Shown: positions 1 through 9,957 of the stretch, in pieces | Layout of the letters: every line of letters begins with the position of its first letter | Numbering within the stretch: the stretch's first letter is position 1 | NCBI GenBank assembly: GCA_018266755.1 | Contig: JAFDZW010000005.1 | Location: 711,233-775,232, forward strand | Reading direction: 5' to 3' | From: Bacteroidota bacterium | GTDB taxonomy: Bacteria; Bacteroidota; Ignavibacteria; Palsa-1295 | Length of the DNA stretch: 64,000 nt | Notes under the pieces: generated by a model | The model's input: the letters and a program-made list of their open reading frames with translations, nothing else | Told to the model about the DNA's origin: nothing | The model's database searches: none | Position numbers and translations under genes: made by a program

Positions 1-628
1 CGAACGTCCCGCCGCCGAGGTCGTACACGGCGATGATGCCTTCCTTCTTTTTATCGAGTCCGTACGCAAGCGCCGCTGCCGTCGGCTCGTTGACAATGCG
101 CAGCACATCGAGCCCGGCAAGTCGCCCAGCGTCCTTCGTCGCCTGACGCTGTGCATCGTTGAAGTATGCAGGGACAGTGATCACGGCTTTCGATACCGGC
201 TCGCCGAAATACTTCTCTGCTCGTTCTTTCAGCTCTTTGAGCACAAATGCGGAAAGTTCGATCGGCGTATACTCGCGGTCTCCGATGCTCACACGGACCA
301 GGCCTTCTTCCTTCGGTACAAGCCGATAGGAAAGCATCCCGGCTTCTTTCTGCACATCGGAATACGACTTCCCCATCAATCGCTTGACGGAGTACACCGT
401 ATGCCCGGCATCGGTCAGGGCGCGACGCTTCGCGGGATTGCCGACGGCAATCACGGCGCCATGATCGTCGAGCGTCACGACTGACGGAACAAGCCCGCCG
501 TCGCGGCCGGGTATGACAATCGCGTCGCCGTCCTCGACGTAGGCGATCAGCGAATTCGTCGTTCCAAGGTCGATACCGACGACCTTGCCGTCAGGTTGTT
601 GTCCCGGTAATGCGATCTGCAGTGGCAC
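1..628 (-). CDS. hscA: Hsp70-family Fe-S chaperone HscA, N-terminal ~209 aa (gene continues beyond window start)
   Basis: Minus-strand translation reads [35 protein letters not shown]...[60 protein letters not shown], the classic Hsp70 ATPase motifs. The only in-frame start before GIDLG is GTG at 626-628. It lies in the isc operon downstream of hscB. Confidence 0.85.
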   Translation of the reverse strand, partial: MPLQIALPGQQPDGKVVGIDLGTTNSLIAYVEDGDAIVIPGRDGGLVPSVVTLDDHGAVIAVGNPAKRRALTDAGHTVYSVKRLMGKSYSDVQKEAGMLSYRLVPKEEGLVRVSIGDREYTPIELSAFVLKELKERAEKYFGEPVSKAVITVPAYFNDAQRQATKDAGRLAGLDVLRIVNEPTAAALAYGLDKKKEGIIAVYDLGGGTF

Positions 629-636
629 GAGCTTCG

Positions 637-1227
637 TTAGTCGTTATAGAGTTCTGGAAACAATCGGCGTTCGGTGCACTCGATGGCGATATGAATCACC
701 TTGATGTGCAATTCCTGAATGCGGTCGGTCGTTGCGCCCGGCACGACGATAGGAATATCGCAGAGCGGTTTCATCTTTCCCCCATCTTTGCCAAGCAGGC
801 CCACGACCTTCATCCCCTTCTTCTTCGCGGTCTCGGCGGCAAGCAGGATGTTCGGGCTGTTACCCGATGTGGTGATACCGACGAACACATCCCCCTTTAC
901 ACCAAACGCATCGACCATGCGCTCAAAGACATGTTCGAAGCCGTAGTCGTTCGAGACACAGCTCAGATGCGATGGATCGCTGAGTGCAAGAGCCGGAAGG
1001 GGCTTGCGGTCTTTGCGATAGCGGCCGGTCCACTCTTCGGCAAAGTGCATCGCATCGCAATGGCTGCCACCATTGCCGGCGGAATATACTTTGTTACCGT
1101 TGCGGAAGGTCGTCTCGAGCAGATCGACAAAGGCGTCGATCTGCGCAAGCGTATGCGAATCCTTCTGCAGTAGGATCAGGTTCTCCTCTGCGGTCTTTAG
1201 AAATCCTTGGATGTGGCTCAGACTCAT
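637..1227 (-). CDS. gmhA: SIS-domain phosphoheptose isomerase (sedoheptulose-7-phosphate isomerase)
   Basis: 196 aa. [40 protein letters not shown]...SCVSNDYGF...[10 protein letters not shown]...[11 protein letters not shown] aligns almost motif-for-motif with E. coli GmhA. Confidence 0.85.
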   Translation of the reverse strand: MSLSHIQGFLKTAEENLILLQKDSHTLAQIDAFVDLLETTFRNGNKVYSAGNGGSHCDAMHFAEEWTGRYRKDRKPLPALALSDPSHLSCVSNDYGFEHVFERMVDAFGVKGDVFVGITTSGNSPNILLAAETAKKKGMKVVGLLGKDGGKMKPLCDIPIVVPGATTDRIQELHIKVIHIAIECTERRLFPELYND

Positions 1228-1257
1228 CGGTCGGTCGTATGCAAAAAAGATCGTTGC

Positions 1258-1842
1258 TCAGTGCTTCAGGACAAGTGAGCGGCCCTCTTTCGCGGCGCTG
1301 AGTGTATCGTGTAACGTTTGGAGATAGGCTCTGGTGGCAAGGGAACGAGTCAGTGTCTCCAGTATCTTCTTCTCGTCATCGCGCAGTGCCGCACCCGGTA
1401 TGCTATGTTCTGCGATCGAATCCCATGCCGAACGCTGCGTGTCGATCTCGCTGCGCAGCGCAACAATGCGTGCGTTGAGATCCGCTTCGACGTTTTGCAA
1501 CTGGTTGCCGAGCTTTGCACCGGCTTGCATCAGCGCCACATGCTCCTGTACGCTCATCACGAGTTCGAGCAGATCCATCGGCACCTGCTTCGCATTCTCG
1601 ACTGAATAACCAAAAAGCGACAGCAGATACTTCGTGCGCGAGATCGGGTCGCGAAGTGTGCGGTATGCAGCATTGATCTGACTCGAGCGTTCGAGCGCAT
1701 CGCCGATCGCGTCGCCGCCTTTCGCAGCGGAGTGATCGGGATGGTAGCGGCGCTGCAATTCGTGAAAACGCCGCTCAAGCTGAGCGGCGTCTTCATCCCG
1801 AAAGGTTCGGGCAATACCCAGAGTCTCGAAGAAGTCGTTCAC
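1258..1842 (-). CDS. hscB: Fe-S cluster co-chaperone HscB (J-domain protein)
   Basis: J-domain signature DFFETLGIARTFRDEDAAQLERRFHELQRRYHPD followed by the helical HscB C-domain. The track ORF (to 2022) overlaps iscA; the start was re-assigned to in-frame GTG at 1840-1842 (V-NDFFETLG). Confidence 0.8.
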   Translation of the reverse strand: MNDFFETLGIARTFRDEDAAQLERRFHELQRRYHPDHSAAKGGDAIGDALERSSQINAAYRTLRDPISRTKYLLSLFGYSVENAKQVPMDLLELVMSVQEHVALMQAGAKLGNQLQNVEADLNARIVALRSEIDTQRSAWDSIAEHSIPGAALRDDEKKILETLTRSLATRAYLQTLHDTLSAAKEGRSLVLKH

Positions 1843-1870
1843 GTCGTTGTGACGATAAGGGTCTCTCCTC

Positions 1871-2281
1871 TTATGCTCCGAAGGAGCTGCCGCAACCGCA
1901 GGTCTTGGTCGCGTTCGGATTATTGAAGACAAATCCGCGGCCGTTGAGCCCGTCGGTGTAATCGAGCTGCGTGCCGGAAAGATAGAAGAGCGACTTCGGG
2001 TCGACGAAGATCTGGACGCCATCGATCACGATCGTCTTGTCACCTTCGCGCGGTGCCTTATCGAAACCGAGCGAGTACGACAAGCCCGAGCAACCGCCGC
2101 CTTTGACGCCGACACGAAGGCCGTACGTCTCGGGGATGTTGTTCGCCTGCATGATCTTCTGCACCTCGGCGCGAGCCTTCTCGGTCAGTGAGATCTCTTC
2201 TTCGATGTTCGAAAATGCCTTCTCGACGGTCGTTTCCTCGACCGAAGGCATCGCCATTACATCTTGATCCATCATAGCCAT
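1871..2281 (-). CDS. iscA: A-type Fe-S carrier IscA/ErpA (HesB family)
   Basis: 136 aa with a C-terminal CGCGSSFGA motif and GLRVGVKGGGCSGLSY, typical of IscA/HesB. Confidence 0.85.
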   Translation of the reverse strand: MAMMDQDVMAMPSVEETTVEKAFSNIEEEISLTEKARAEVQKIMQANNIPETYGLRVGVKGGGCSGLSYSLGFDKAPREGDKTIVIDGVQIFVDPKSLFYLSGTQLDYTDGLNGRGFVFNNPNATKTCGCGSSFGA

Positions 2282-2344
2282 AGTATTCTTCTCCTCAAAA
2301 TGGCTTCGAACGAATCGAAGCCGGGTGGTACAATCTACATTGCG

Positions 2345-2752
2345 TTATGCGTTCGCCACTTCCTCGTGCAACTGCGCTTGCTTCTTTTTGTAATCTTCGA
2401 GCGCGGCCTTGATCGCATCTTCGGCAAGTACCGAGCAGTGGATCTTTACCGGCGGAAGATTGAGCTCGGACACGATCGTCGTGTTCTTGATCGCGAGCGC
2501 CTCGTCCACCGACTTGCCTTTGATCAGCTCCGTAGCGAACGAGCTCGACGCAATGGCCGAACCGCAGCCGAACGTCTTGAACTTCGCATCTTCGATGATG
2601 CCATCGTCTGAGATCTTGATCTGCAGACGCATCACGTCGCCACATTCCGGTGCGCCGACGAGGCCTGTGCCTACGGTCGGGTCGTTCGGATCGAGCGTTC
2701 CAACATTACGCGGGTGAGCGTAATGATCCATTACCTTTTCAGAATACGCCAT
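2345..2752 (-). CDS. iscU: Fe-S cluster scaffold IscU
   Basis: 135 aa: MAYSEKVMDHYAHPRNVG...GAPECGDVMRLQIK...FKTFGCGSAIASSS...HCSVLAEDAIKAAL, the canonical IscU Cys/His ligands. Confidence 0.9.
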   Translation of the reverse strand: MAYSEKVMDHYAHPRNVGTLDPNDPTVGTGLVGAPECGDVMRLQIKISDDGIIEDAKFKTFGCGSAIASSSFATELIKGKSVDEALAIKNTTIVSELNLPPVKIHCSVLAEDAIKAALEDYKKKQAQLHEEVANA

Positions 2753-2863
2753 CGTTATCTTCTCCTTATAGCTATCTATACTTTTGTACGAAGTTCTTGC
2801 CCCGGAGATTCGTACGTTCTCACGTAAGGAAGACGGACGAAGTTATTTCATCCCTCATGTTCC

Positions 2864-3358
2864 TTATTTCTTCAGCCACGGCGGCGGAGCCTTGGCTCCG
2901 GCAGGTGCGGCACCACTCGCAGCAGGAGCGGCAGCGGGCTTCGGCGCTGCGGGGGCAGCCGGTTTCGGTGCTGCCGCAGCGGCGGGTTTCGCAGCCGCGA
3001 CAGGCGCTGCTGCCGGTTTTGGCGGCGGCATCGATGCTTCGGGCGAGACACCCTTCAACCCTTCGATCGTCCCGCCTTCTTTCGGCGTCGAAAGTTCGGG
3101 ATAGTTGAGCACGAACCCATGCGGGTTCACGCGGCGGAAGATCCCCTCTCGCTCGTAGGCGCGGGCAACTTCCAAAGCGATCTGCTCAGCACGTTCGTTG
3201 CGGATCGTCAGTCCCTGCTTGTCTTCGAAGTAATCCTGGATCGCATATTGCAGATCGCGCAGGAACACATTCGAATTATGAAACACCGGGGTGCGGATCT
3301 CCCGCATATAGCTCAGAAGCTCGTAAGGATATTCGATAAAGATGTCTGATTGTACCAT
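2864..3358 (-). CDS. hypothetical protein with a Pro/Ala-rich low-complexity C-terminal tail (PKPAAAP repeats), embedded in the isc operon
   Basis: 164-aa ORF between iscS and iscU on the same strand. The tail is encoded by an imperfect tandem ~18-nt DNA repeat (gcagcgggcttcggcgctgc...) at 2925-3010. No recognisable domain. Confidence 0.5.
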   Translation of the reverse strand: MVQSDIFIEYPYELLSYMREIRTPVFHNSNVFLRDLQYAIQDYFEDKQGLTIRNERAEQIALEVARAYEREGIFRRVNPHGFVLNYPELSTPKEGGTIEGLKGVSPEASMPPPKPAAAPVAAAKPAAAAAPKPAAPAAPKPAAAPAASGAAPAGAKAPPPWLKK

Positions 3359-3435
3359 ATTCGGTATCGATAGTCTATCCTACAAAAATACGGCTTCGAG
3401 CAATTACCGATTGATAATTAGGAATTAGCAATTGG

Positions 3436-4668
3436 CTAGTGGTGTGCCCACTCGATCGACTTCAGATCGACGCCGGCTTTCGCCAACTCATAGAGCGGCG
3501 ACATGTCGCGCAGATGCTTCACTGCGCCGATGAGCTTCTCGGCCGTGTAGTCGATCTCTTCCTGTGTCGTGAAGCGGCCGATACCGAAGCGGATCGACGT
3601 ATGTGCCAGATCTTCACCGACACCGAGCGCCTTCAGGACGTAGCTCGGTTCGAGCGTCGCCGAGGTGCAGGCAGAGCCTGAGCTAACGGCGATGTCCTTG
3701 ATCCCCATCATCAACGCTTCGCCTTCGACGAAGGCAAAGCTCACATTCAGATTGCCCGGCAAGCGGCGTGCTGCGTGCTTGATCGGGTCCGGTCCGTTGA
3801 TGTACACTTCGTCGAGCGACGCCGCGATCTTGTTCCAGAGATCGTCGCGCAAGCCCTGGATGCGCTTCGTCTCGCTCTCCATCTCCGTGACGCAGAGTTC
3901 GAGTGCCTTGGCAAGACCGACTATGCCCGGTACGTTGAGCGTGCCCGAGCGCATGCCGCGTTCGTGGCCACCGCCGTCCATCTGCGAGGCAAGCTTCACG
4001 CGCGGATTCTTCTTGCGCACATAGAGCGCTCCGACGCCTTTCGGACCGTAGATCTTGTGTGCCGAGAGCGACGCGAGATCCACGTTCATGCGTTGCACGT
4101 CGAAGGGGATCTTCCCCACGGACTGGGTGGAATCCGTGTGAAAGATTACCCCCTTCTCGTGACAGATCTTTCCGATCGCCTCAAGATCCTGGATCGTCCC
4201 AACCTCGTTGTTCGCATGCATGAGCGTAACGAGAGTGGTTCGGTCAGTGATAGCATCGCGGAGTTGGTCGAGATCGACAAACCCCTCTTTGCTCACGGTG
4301 AGGTACGTGACTTTCACACCTTTTCGTTCGAGCGCTTTGCACGTATCTAAGACGGCTTTGTGCTCGGTCGTTGCCGTAATGATGTGGTCGCCTTTCGAGG
4401 CGTACATCTCGGCGATGCCTTTGATGGCAAGATTATCGGATTCGGTTGCGCCGCTGGTGAAGACGATCTCTTTCTCGTCAGCACCAATATACTTTGCGAT
4501 CGTCGTGCGTGCCCAATCGACCGCTTCTTCGGCCTTCCAGCCAAAGGGGTGGTTACGGCTCGCTGCATTGCCGAAATGTTCGGTGAAATACGGCATCATC
4601 GCATCGAGGACGCGAGGGTCCATCTGCGTCGTCGCGTTATTATCTAAATAGATCGGTAGCTTTACCAT
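3436..4668 (-). CDS. iscS: cysteine desulfurase IscS (PLP-dependent)
   Basis: [37 protein letters not shown]...[17 protein letters not shown]...SSGSACTS: the PLP-lysine and active-site Cys motifs. Start re-assigned to the MVKLPIYLD methionine. Confidence 0.9.
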   Translation of the reverse strand: MVKLPIYLDNNATTQMDPRVLDAMMPYFTEHFGNAASRNHPFGWKAEEAVDWARTTIAKYIGADEKEIVFTSGATESDNLAIKGIAEMYASKGDHIITATTEHKAVLDTCKALERKGVKVTYLTVSKEGFVDLDQLRDAITDRTTLVTLMHANNEVGTIQDLEAIGKICHEKGVIFHTDSTQSVGKIPFDVQRMNVDLASLSAHKIYGPKGVGALYVRKKNPRVKLASQMDGGGHERGMRSGTLNVPGIVGLAKALELCVTEMESETKRIQGLRDDLWNKIAASLDEVYINGPDPIKHAARRLPGNLNVSFAFVEGEALMMGIKDIAVSSGSACTSATLEPSYVLKALGVGEDLAHTSIRFGIGRFTTQEEIDYTAEKLIGAVKHLRDMSPLYELAKAGVDLKSIEWAHH

Positions 4669-4723
4669 ACGTTTCTTCCTATACACTCTCGTACAATCCT
4701 GCGCGAAACGTCCGAAGACGCTA

Positions 4724-5131
4724 TCACGCTGTCATCAGCTCTGCAATCGTCGTATTGCCGATCGACTCGGTCAGCTTTTCCTGAAGCTTCGCCATTGGGT
4801 GCTTGATCGTGCAGCTCTCGAACATGGAGCACGCTTCGTGGTCGGGGTTCTCGGAGGCGCACTCAGTTAAAGCGGTTACCTCGTCGAGCGCTCCGACGAC
4901 TCGGTTCAGCGTGATCTGTTCGGGCGAGATCATCATGCGGTATCCGCCCCTGACTCCTTGAAAAGAGTCGATGATGCCGTCACGCTTGAGCGACTGCATG
5001 ATCTTCGCCAGCAGATCGTACGGGATGTTCGTCGCATCCGATATCTCGCGCGACGTGGCCACCTGCCCGGTCTTCGCCAGGTATTGTAGCGCCATCAATC
5101 CGTATTCTACTCGCTTCGATAGTCTCAGCAT
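4724..5131 (-). CDS. iscR: Rrf2-family transcriptional regulator IscR
   Basis: [20 protein letters not shown]...[35 protein letters not shown]...C..E.C..C: an Rrf2 wHTH plus a three-Cys cluster ligand region. It is the first gene of the isc operon. Confidence 0.85.
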   Translation of the reverse strand: MLRLSKRVEYGLMALQYLAKTGQVATSREISDATNIPYDLLAKIMQSLKRDGIIDSFQGVRGGYRMMISPEQITLNRVVGALDEVTALTECASENPDHEACSMFESCTIKHPMAKLQEKLTESIGNTTIAELMTA

Positions 5132-5426
5132 ATTCGCCTCATACCGGACTAAATTAGTCCGACTTTGGTCCCAAATAAAAGGCTTCTTTCTCAAGCCTAA
5201 TGATTCTGACACTAGTGTAAACTCCGAGAGGTTCCTGTAAGTTCAGACTGAATGATGAGTAGTGACAAGTATGGATGGTGGGCACCAAGAAAGATGGCTC
5301 CAAGATATAAGGAAACACAGTGCCAGTGATGAAGTATTAATTCAATTGCCAATGCCCATTATTCAGGAATCTATCAAAAAAAAACCTGAGTTCAAATATC
5401 CTCTTAATCAACCATATAACAACTCT

Positions 5427-6023
5427 ATGCGTACAATCTGGCTTTTTACTACCGGTTGTTTTTTCATCCTCAGTTTTGTACTCACGAGATCTGGGGGTGC
5501 TGTGACTCGAGACACTCTTTATGCGAATGTTGACTCCACCTCTTCAGTGAGGGTGATTATTGAAGAGACTTCTAATTGGGATACCGTCACTATATCCACG
5601 AATCTAACATCTGTACACACTCCGAATATTTCTGGCACCGCGGTATTCGACAGCGACATAACTATGACCCTCGCAGCGGACAGCTGTGTGTTTGGAATCC
5701 CGAGCAACGGCAAGAAGTACTGGGTAATACCAACACTCCCACCGCCAGGACAGGCGCCCGTTAGGGCGAATGGAGGCACATCCATTACATCGCGATGCTA
5801 TGGGTGTAACTTTCCTGAAGGCACTAACTGTTATGTGGTTTGGACTATAATTATGACACCGTGGGGAGCGTTCCCATGGCCCGATTGCAAAGGATTTTGC
5901 GGCGGCGGTGATGATGATATGCCTTGCAGTTGGTCCTCTCGGCCCGGAGGAACAATTTTGTCTGGACCGAACCTTCTGCTTCACGCAGTAACGCTCGTTC
6001 TAAATGGAACGACATATAACTGA
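5427..6023 (+). CDS. hypothetical secreted/membrane-anchored Cys-rich protein (low-GC islet)
   Basis: Start set at MRTIWLFTTGCFFILSFVLT (hydrophobic N-terminus). The C-terminal third is Cys-rich (CYGCNFPEGTNCY...PDCKGFCGGGDDDMPCSW). The region is visibly AT-richer than its flanks. Confidence 0.4.
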   Translation: MRTIWLFTTGCFFILSFVLTRSGGAVTRDTLYANVDSTSSVRVIIEETSNWDTVTISTNLTSVHTPNISGTAVFDSDITMTLAADSCVFGIPSNGKKYWVIPTLPPPGQAPVRANGGTSITSRCYGCNFPEGTNCYVVWTIIMTPWGAFPWPDCKGFCGGGDDDMPCSWSSRPGGTILSGPNLLLHAVTLVLNGTTYN

Positions 6024-6113
6024 GGTTGGACTTATGAAAACGCGCCCATTCCCAAGCTTGAAAGTATGAGGTCAATTCCAGGAAGGAATAATTGTGCAAT
6101 TCCAAGTTAGCTC

Positions 6114-7475
6114 GTGATGTACTTGTTGACGCCGAAGTATATTTGCATTGCGTTGCTCTCTTTGCAGAGTATCATTCAGCGCCCAACTTGCTCCGGAGGC
6201 TCCAGCGATCGTGTGGAAGAATCCAGGTACACAGTATTCGTATCTGGCTTCCACGCGCTATTGAATCGTCCAGAACTGCGCTGTTTGGATTCGACAACCG
6301 AATCCAAACGAGCGTCTTTCGTTCGCCGCATTCTTGCTGAAGCAAACCATTTCCATTCTGGGTCTATACGCTATGTGGTTGAAAGAAAGGCACCTTATGA
6401 GAGCAAACCCCGCTTGTACGAATGCGAGATGCGATATACTCATGACGCTAATTCCGGCAAGATCTCATTCCTACACGAAAGTGCGACAGTGCGCTCACTC
6501 TACTCAAGAGATACACTCTTTGCCTACTTCAAAAAAAGAGGTATCCTTATTTATCGACCCGGTCGGATCACCGATCCCGAGCGCGAAATCACTGCCCTGT
6601 GGTGGCGCTTTGCCTATGGGTTTCCGGGCTGGCGAAACGGGTTGCCCTCCGAGAATGAACTTATTGAATCGGGGCAGGTACAACTCGTCGGAAGCGACAC
6701 ATGCATCCGATTCTGCAATCCGGTCAGGCACAATCAAGTAGGTGCAAATGATCTACTTGATTCCTCACAGACACAACTCCTGATCTCACGCCTCGATCCA
6801 AGCCACTCTCTCTACGAGGAAATCTATTGGCACCCAGCAGATTCTGAGCTATTTAGGATGAGTGGGACAGGCGGCAATTACTCCACCAGCCCAGATCCCG
6901 AGATTGCGACTGAAATCGACAGCATGATTGATGCATATCGCCATAGCCCAGAGATTCGGTTCTGTTCGGAAGATGACTATGCTCAAATCGATAAGCAACT
7001 CCATGAGCCCACGAAGGAGCATCGGCTCCAAATCGGCGATACGATCCCTCTGCTCGATATCTTAACCGGCCCAGACCAAAAACCCTTGAATAAGTCGCCT
7101 CTTGCTTCGGCAAGGGTTAGTATTATTGAGGTGTACCATAATGCCTGCCAGCCGTGCATGCTCTCGCTTCGAGGCATCTCAGATCTTCGCGACACACTAC
7201 GATCATATGGTGGTGACATTATTGGTATAGATCCTATCGCTGAAGACCAAGCAAACAAACCTCTAAATCAGCGAATCGACCGGATCCTCGGGCGTAGATT
7301 TAAAACGTTCAATACTCGTGGAGTACTATTCGATAAATCTTTCGACGGCCCTTTCCCCACGTTTTACGTGCTGGATGACATGCAGAGGATACGCAACATT
7401 TTCACTGGTTACTCAAAGGGCCCAACCGAGTACATGCTACTCAACGCAGCGAAGTCAATACTTCGGCAACGGTAG
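6114..7475 (+). CDS. fusion protein: N-terminal domain of unknown function + C-terminal thioredoxin-fold (TlpA/ResA-like, CQPC motif) domain
   Basis: The C-terminal ~130 aa (VSIIEVYHNACQPCMLSLRGISDLRDTLRSYGGDIIGIDPIAEDQ...PTFYVLDDMQRIRNIF) matches the redoxin W/YxxxCxPC...PTxxxID pattern. The N-terminal ~320 aa has no recognisable motif. Lower GC than the flanks. Confidence 0.5.
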   Translation: MMYLLTPKYICIALLSLQSIIQRPTCSGGSSDRVEESRYTVFVSGFHALLNRPELRCLDSTTESKRASFVRRILAEANHFHSGSIRYVVERKAPYESKPRLYECEMRYTHDANSGKISFLHESATVRSLYSRDTLFAYFKKRGILIYRPGRITDPEREITALWWRFAYGFPGWRNGLPSENELIESGQVQLVGSDTCIRFCNPVRHNQVGANDLLDSSQTQLLISRLDPSHSLYEEIYWHPADSELFRMSGTGGNYSTSPDPEIATEIDSMIDAYRHSPEIRFCSEDDYAQIDKQLHEPTKEHRLQIGDTIPLLDILTGPDQKPLNKSPLASARVSIIEVYHNACQPCMLSLRGISDLRDTLRSYGGDIIGIDPIAEDQANKPLNQRIDRILGRRFKTFNTRGVLFDKSFDGPFPTFYVLDDMQRIRNIFTGYSKGPTEYMLLNAAKSILRQR

Positions 7476-7627
7476 ATTCAACGAGCTAAGGGCAGACAAA
7501 TGGTTTGCAGCTAGGCGTTGCACACGCCGATAAGACTCCTCAAGATGTGTCGACCGTAAATACTGCTTACACTGCAAAGGGCAGCCCATCGGGCTGCCCT
7601 TTACTATACACGCGTATCTCGAACGGA

Positions 7628-8395
7628 TTAGTGCTTCACGAGGCCCGTGAAGGCAACCGTGTAGCTATTCGTCGAAGCGTCGTAGTTGACGACATAGTTC
7701 GTCGGGTACGAACCGGTCTGCTGCCATGCAGCAGGCTGCTGGATCGCCGTCGAGACTTCGTTCGGCTTCGACTCCAAATAAGCCTTGGTGATCATCGGCT
7801 CCATGAAGATCACGTTACCGTGATAGCTGCCATAGATGAACGTCTTCGTGAACGTCGCGCCACCGAATTCCGGCGAGGTCGGATCGACCCAATGCACACC
7901 CATCATCGGGACGACGGAGTGATCGCTGATGAAGTGCGCCGGCAAGTACTTCGCGGTATCGAACGGCGTCATATCGGGCACCGTATCATTGATCATCATG
8001 ACCGGAGCCATATCTTCCATATAGAAGTGGAAATCGAAGTGCGGCAGCTCGTACATCGCAGGCGGATGCCCGGCCGGATTCCAGTCGACCATCGCGAACT
8101 TCCACGGTGCCGGAGCGTTCGACGGGAAGTTGATCATATATGCAGCACCAACAGGGGTGTTGTTCTCGATGCTATCGAGTGCCTTCGCGCCGAAGGTGAT
8201 ACCGACCTCGGTCACGTCCCCAGCATCGTTGGTGATGGTATAGGTACGCACAGAATCCTTACCCATTGCAGCAGCTTGGCCATAGCTGAGCTTGGCAAGC
8301 GAGTTGGTTGGGGTCGTGGAATTATCGGAAGTACAGCTTGCGACTGCGCCAGCGAGCGAGAGCATGGCGACCGCACGAAGAAGTGTGTTTTTCAT
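7628..8395 (-). CDS. hypothetical lipoprotein
   Basis: MKNTLLRAVAMLSLAGAVASC is a lipobox followed by a Cys. The overlapping plus-strand ORF 7505-8407 has an R/H-rich antisense-like composition. Confidence 0.6.
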   Translation of the reverse strand: MKNTLLRAVAMLSLAGAVASCTSDNSTTPTNSLAKLSYGQAAAMGKDSVRTYTITNDAGDVTEVGITFGAKALDSIENNTPVGAAYMINFPSNAPAPWKFAMVDWNPAGHPPAMYELPHFDFHFYMEDMAPVMMINDTVPDMTPFDTAKYLPAHFISDHSVVPMMGVHWVDPTSPEFGGATFTKTFIYGSYHGNVIFMEPMITKAYLESKPNEVSTAIQQPAAWQQTGSYPTNYVVNYDASTNSYTVAFTGLVKH

Positions 8396-8474
8396 GGTTT
8401 GTTGTAACGTGAAAGAATGAATTGCACGAACACAGAACGGGCACATAAGTTATTTAGGGATAAATAGATTCCCC

Positions 8475-9938
8475 ATGTTGGCAGTAATGTTGACGGCCCT
8501 CGGAATGTGTCGTCCCGAGCTCGGGGTAGCTCTACGCGGGCATGGTATATTTGTAACAAGTGAACCCATCGTGAACATCCTTTTTTTCTGCCTTCTGCTC
8601 TTGGTCGTGGCCGCGGTAGCTATGTGGCTGCGCTTCTATCGGTACCGGTTCGTCTCGTTTATCAAGCATGGCTACACAGACGACATGGGGCCGTTCGCGC
8701 TCGAAGGCTATGCGAACAAATTGTTTTTCTACTCCGGCGAAACGATAGACTTTTACATCCATAGTGAATTCGACGCCGGGCATGCGGTGATTACTCCCTA
8801 CGCCACCATAGACGTAAACCTCGCTGAGTTCTCGTTCGCAAAAATCATGCAACCGCACACAACCACCGACTCGGAGAACGGATGCCACTGGACGCGAACA
8901 ACGAGCATCGAACTCGACAGCCAGTTCACCCCGGGATACTACACCTGCCACCTCGTAAGTGCCGACCGAAGCACACGCTTCGATATCCATTTTATCATCG
9001 GTTCACGAACCCCAGCAAAAACGGTGGTCCTTGCTCCTGTCGGGACGTGGACCGCCTATAACTGTTGGGGCGGAAAATCGCTTTATCAGAACAAGTACGA
9101 AAACAAGACGGTCTATCGCGTCAGTACACAACGACCATATACACCTTTCCCTGTGAAGAATAATCTACAGGCGGAGGAGAATATATTCCGGTGGTTCGCC
9201 ACTACCTATGACGATGTCGCGATCCTCCCCGACTTTGCACTCGAAACAAATCCCGAGCTATTCGAGCGTTGCGAATTGCTCGTACTCGCATATCACATCG
9301 AATATGTTTCGCGGGCGATGTACGATTCGCTTCTCGACATCCTCACGCGCCCGGTATCGATGATCTCGCTCGGTGCGAACCAACTCTATTGGAGCGTACG
9401 GTGGAACGCGGACCACACGCAGATGGAGTGTCACAAAGACCTCACCTCATTCTCGAACCCACACGAATATGGCGGCATGTGGCGGCATCATTTACGGTTC
9501 GTACAACGCATCATGGGCGTAGGCTACAATGGTGCAGGAATGCACACTTGGGCGCCGTACCGTGTGACGAATGCCTCGCACTGGCTCTTTGAGGGTACGG
9601 GTGTCAAGAACGGTGACCTCTTCGGAGTAAAGGGCATTTCGAATCGACCGATCTGTGGATCCGAGACGGATATGATCGGCACATTCTCAGGCAAGGTAGA
9701 ACGGATTGCACGTGGCATTAACTGTGCGAGTGCGTCGCAAGGTTCGCTCTATGACGGGGATGATACAGTCTGGGATGGTGCGGGCGGGGGCGACTTCGTA
9801 CTGAAGTATCTCCCAAACTCAAACGCAGTACTCGCGACAGCGTCGATCGAAAGCGGCGCCGGGTTGGGCGTGGATCCGGTGTTTACGAAAGTAATCGAGA
9901 ATTTTGTGAAGCGCTACGGGCCAAGCGGCACGGGCTGA
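8475..9938 (+). CDS. hypothetical membrane-anchored protein (N-terminal TM helix); tentative N,N-dimethylformamidase-beta-subunit-like/DUF6605 resemblance
   Basis: 487 aa with an N-terminal hydrophobic helix (ILFFCLLLLVVAAVAMWL). Internal motif GTWTAYNCWGGKSLY. The family assignment is from memory only. Confidence 0.5.
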   Translation: MLAVMLTALGMCRPELGVALRGHGIFVTSEPIVNILFFCLLLLVVAAVAMWLRFYRYRFVSFIKHGYTDDMGPFALEGYANKLFFYSGETIDFYIHSEFDAGHAVITPYATIDVNLAEFSFAKIMQPHTTTDSENGCHWTRTTSIELDSQFTPGYYTCHLVSADRSTRFDIHFIIGSRTPAKTVVLAPVGTWTAYNCWGGKSLYQNKYENKTVYRVSTQRPYTPFPVKNNLQAEENIFRWFATTYDDVAILPDFALETNPELFERCELLVLAYHIEYVSRAMYDSLLDILTRPVSMISLGANQLYWSVRWNADHTQMECHKDLTSFSNPHEYGGMWRHHLRFVQRIMGVGYNGAGMHTWAPYRVTNASHWLFEGTGVKNGDLFGVKGISNRPICGSETDMIGTFSGKVERIARGINCASASQGSLYDGDDTVWDGAGGGDFVLKYLPNSNAVLATASIESGAGLGVDPVFTKVIENFVKRYGPSGTG

Positions 9939-9957
9939 AAGCCGGTTTCACTTCTCA

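Noticed and set aside
2925-3010. Tandem ~18-nt DNA repeats (gcagcgggcttcggcgctgc…) considered as a non-coding repeat/VNTR
   Set aside because: They lie inside ORF 2864-3358 and encode its PKPAAAP low-complexity tail. They are kept as a coding repeat and noted under the isc finding.
7505-8407. 300-aa plus-strand ORF
   Set aside because: It fully overlaps the minus-strand lipoprotein gene. Its translation is Arg/His/Asp-rich, typical of antisense reading of high-GC coding DNA.
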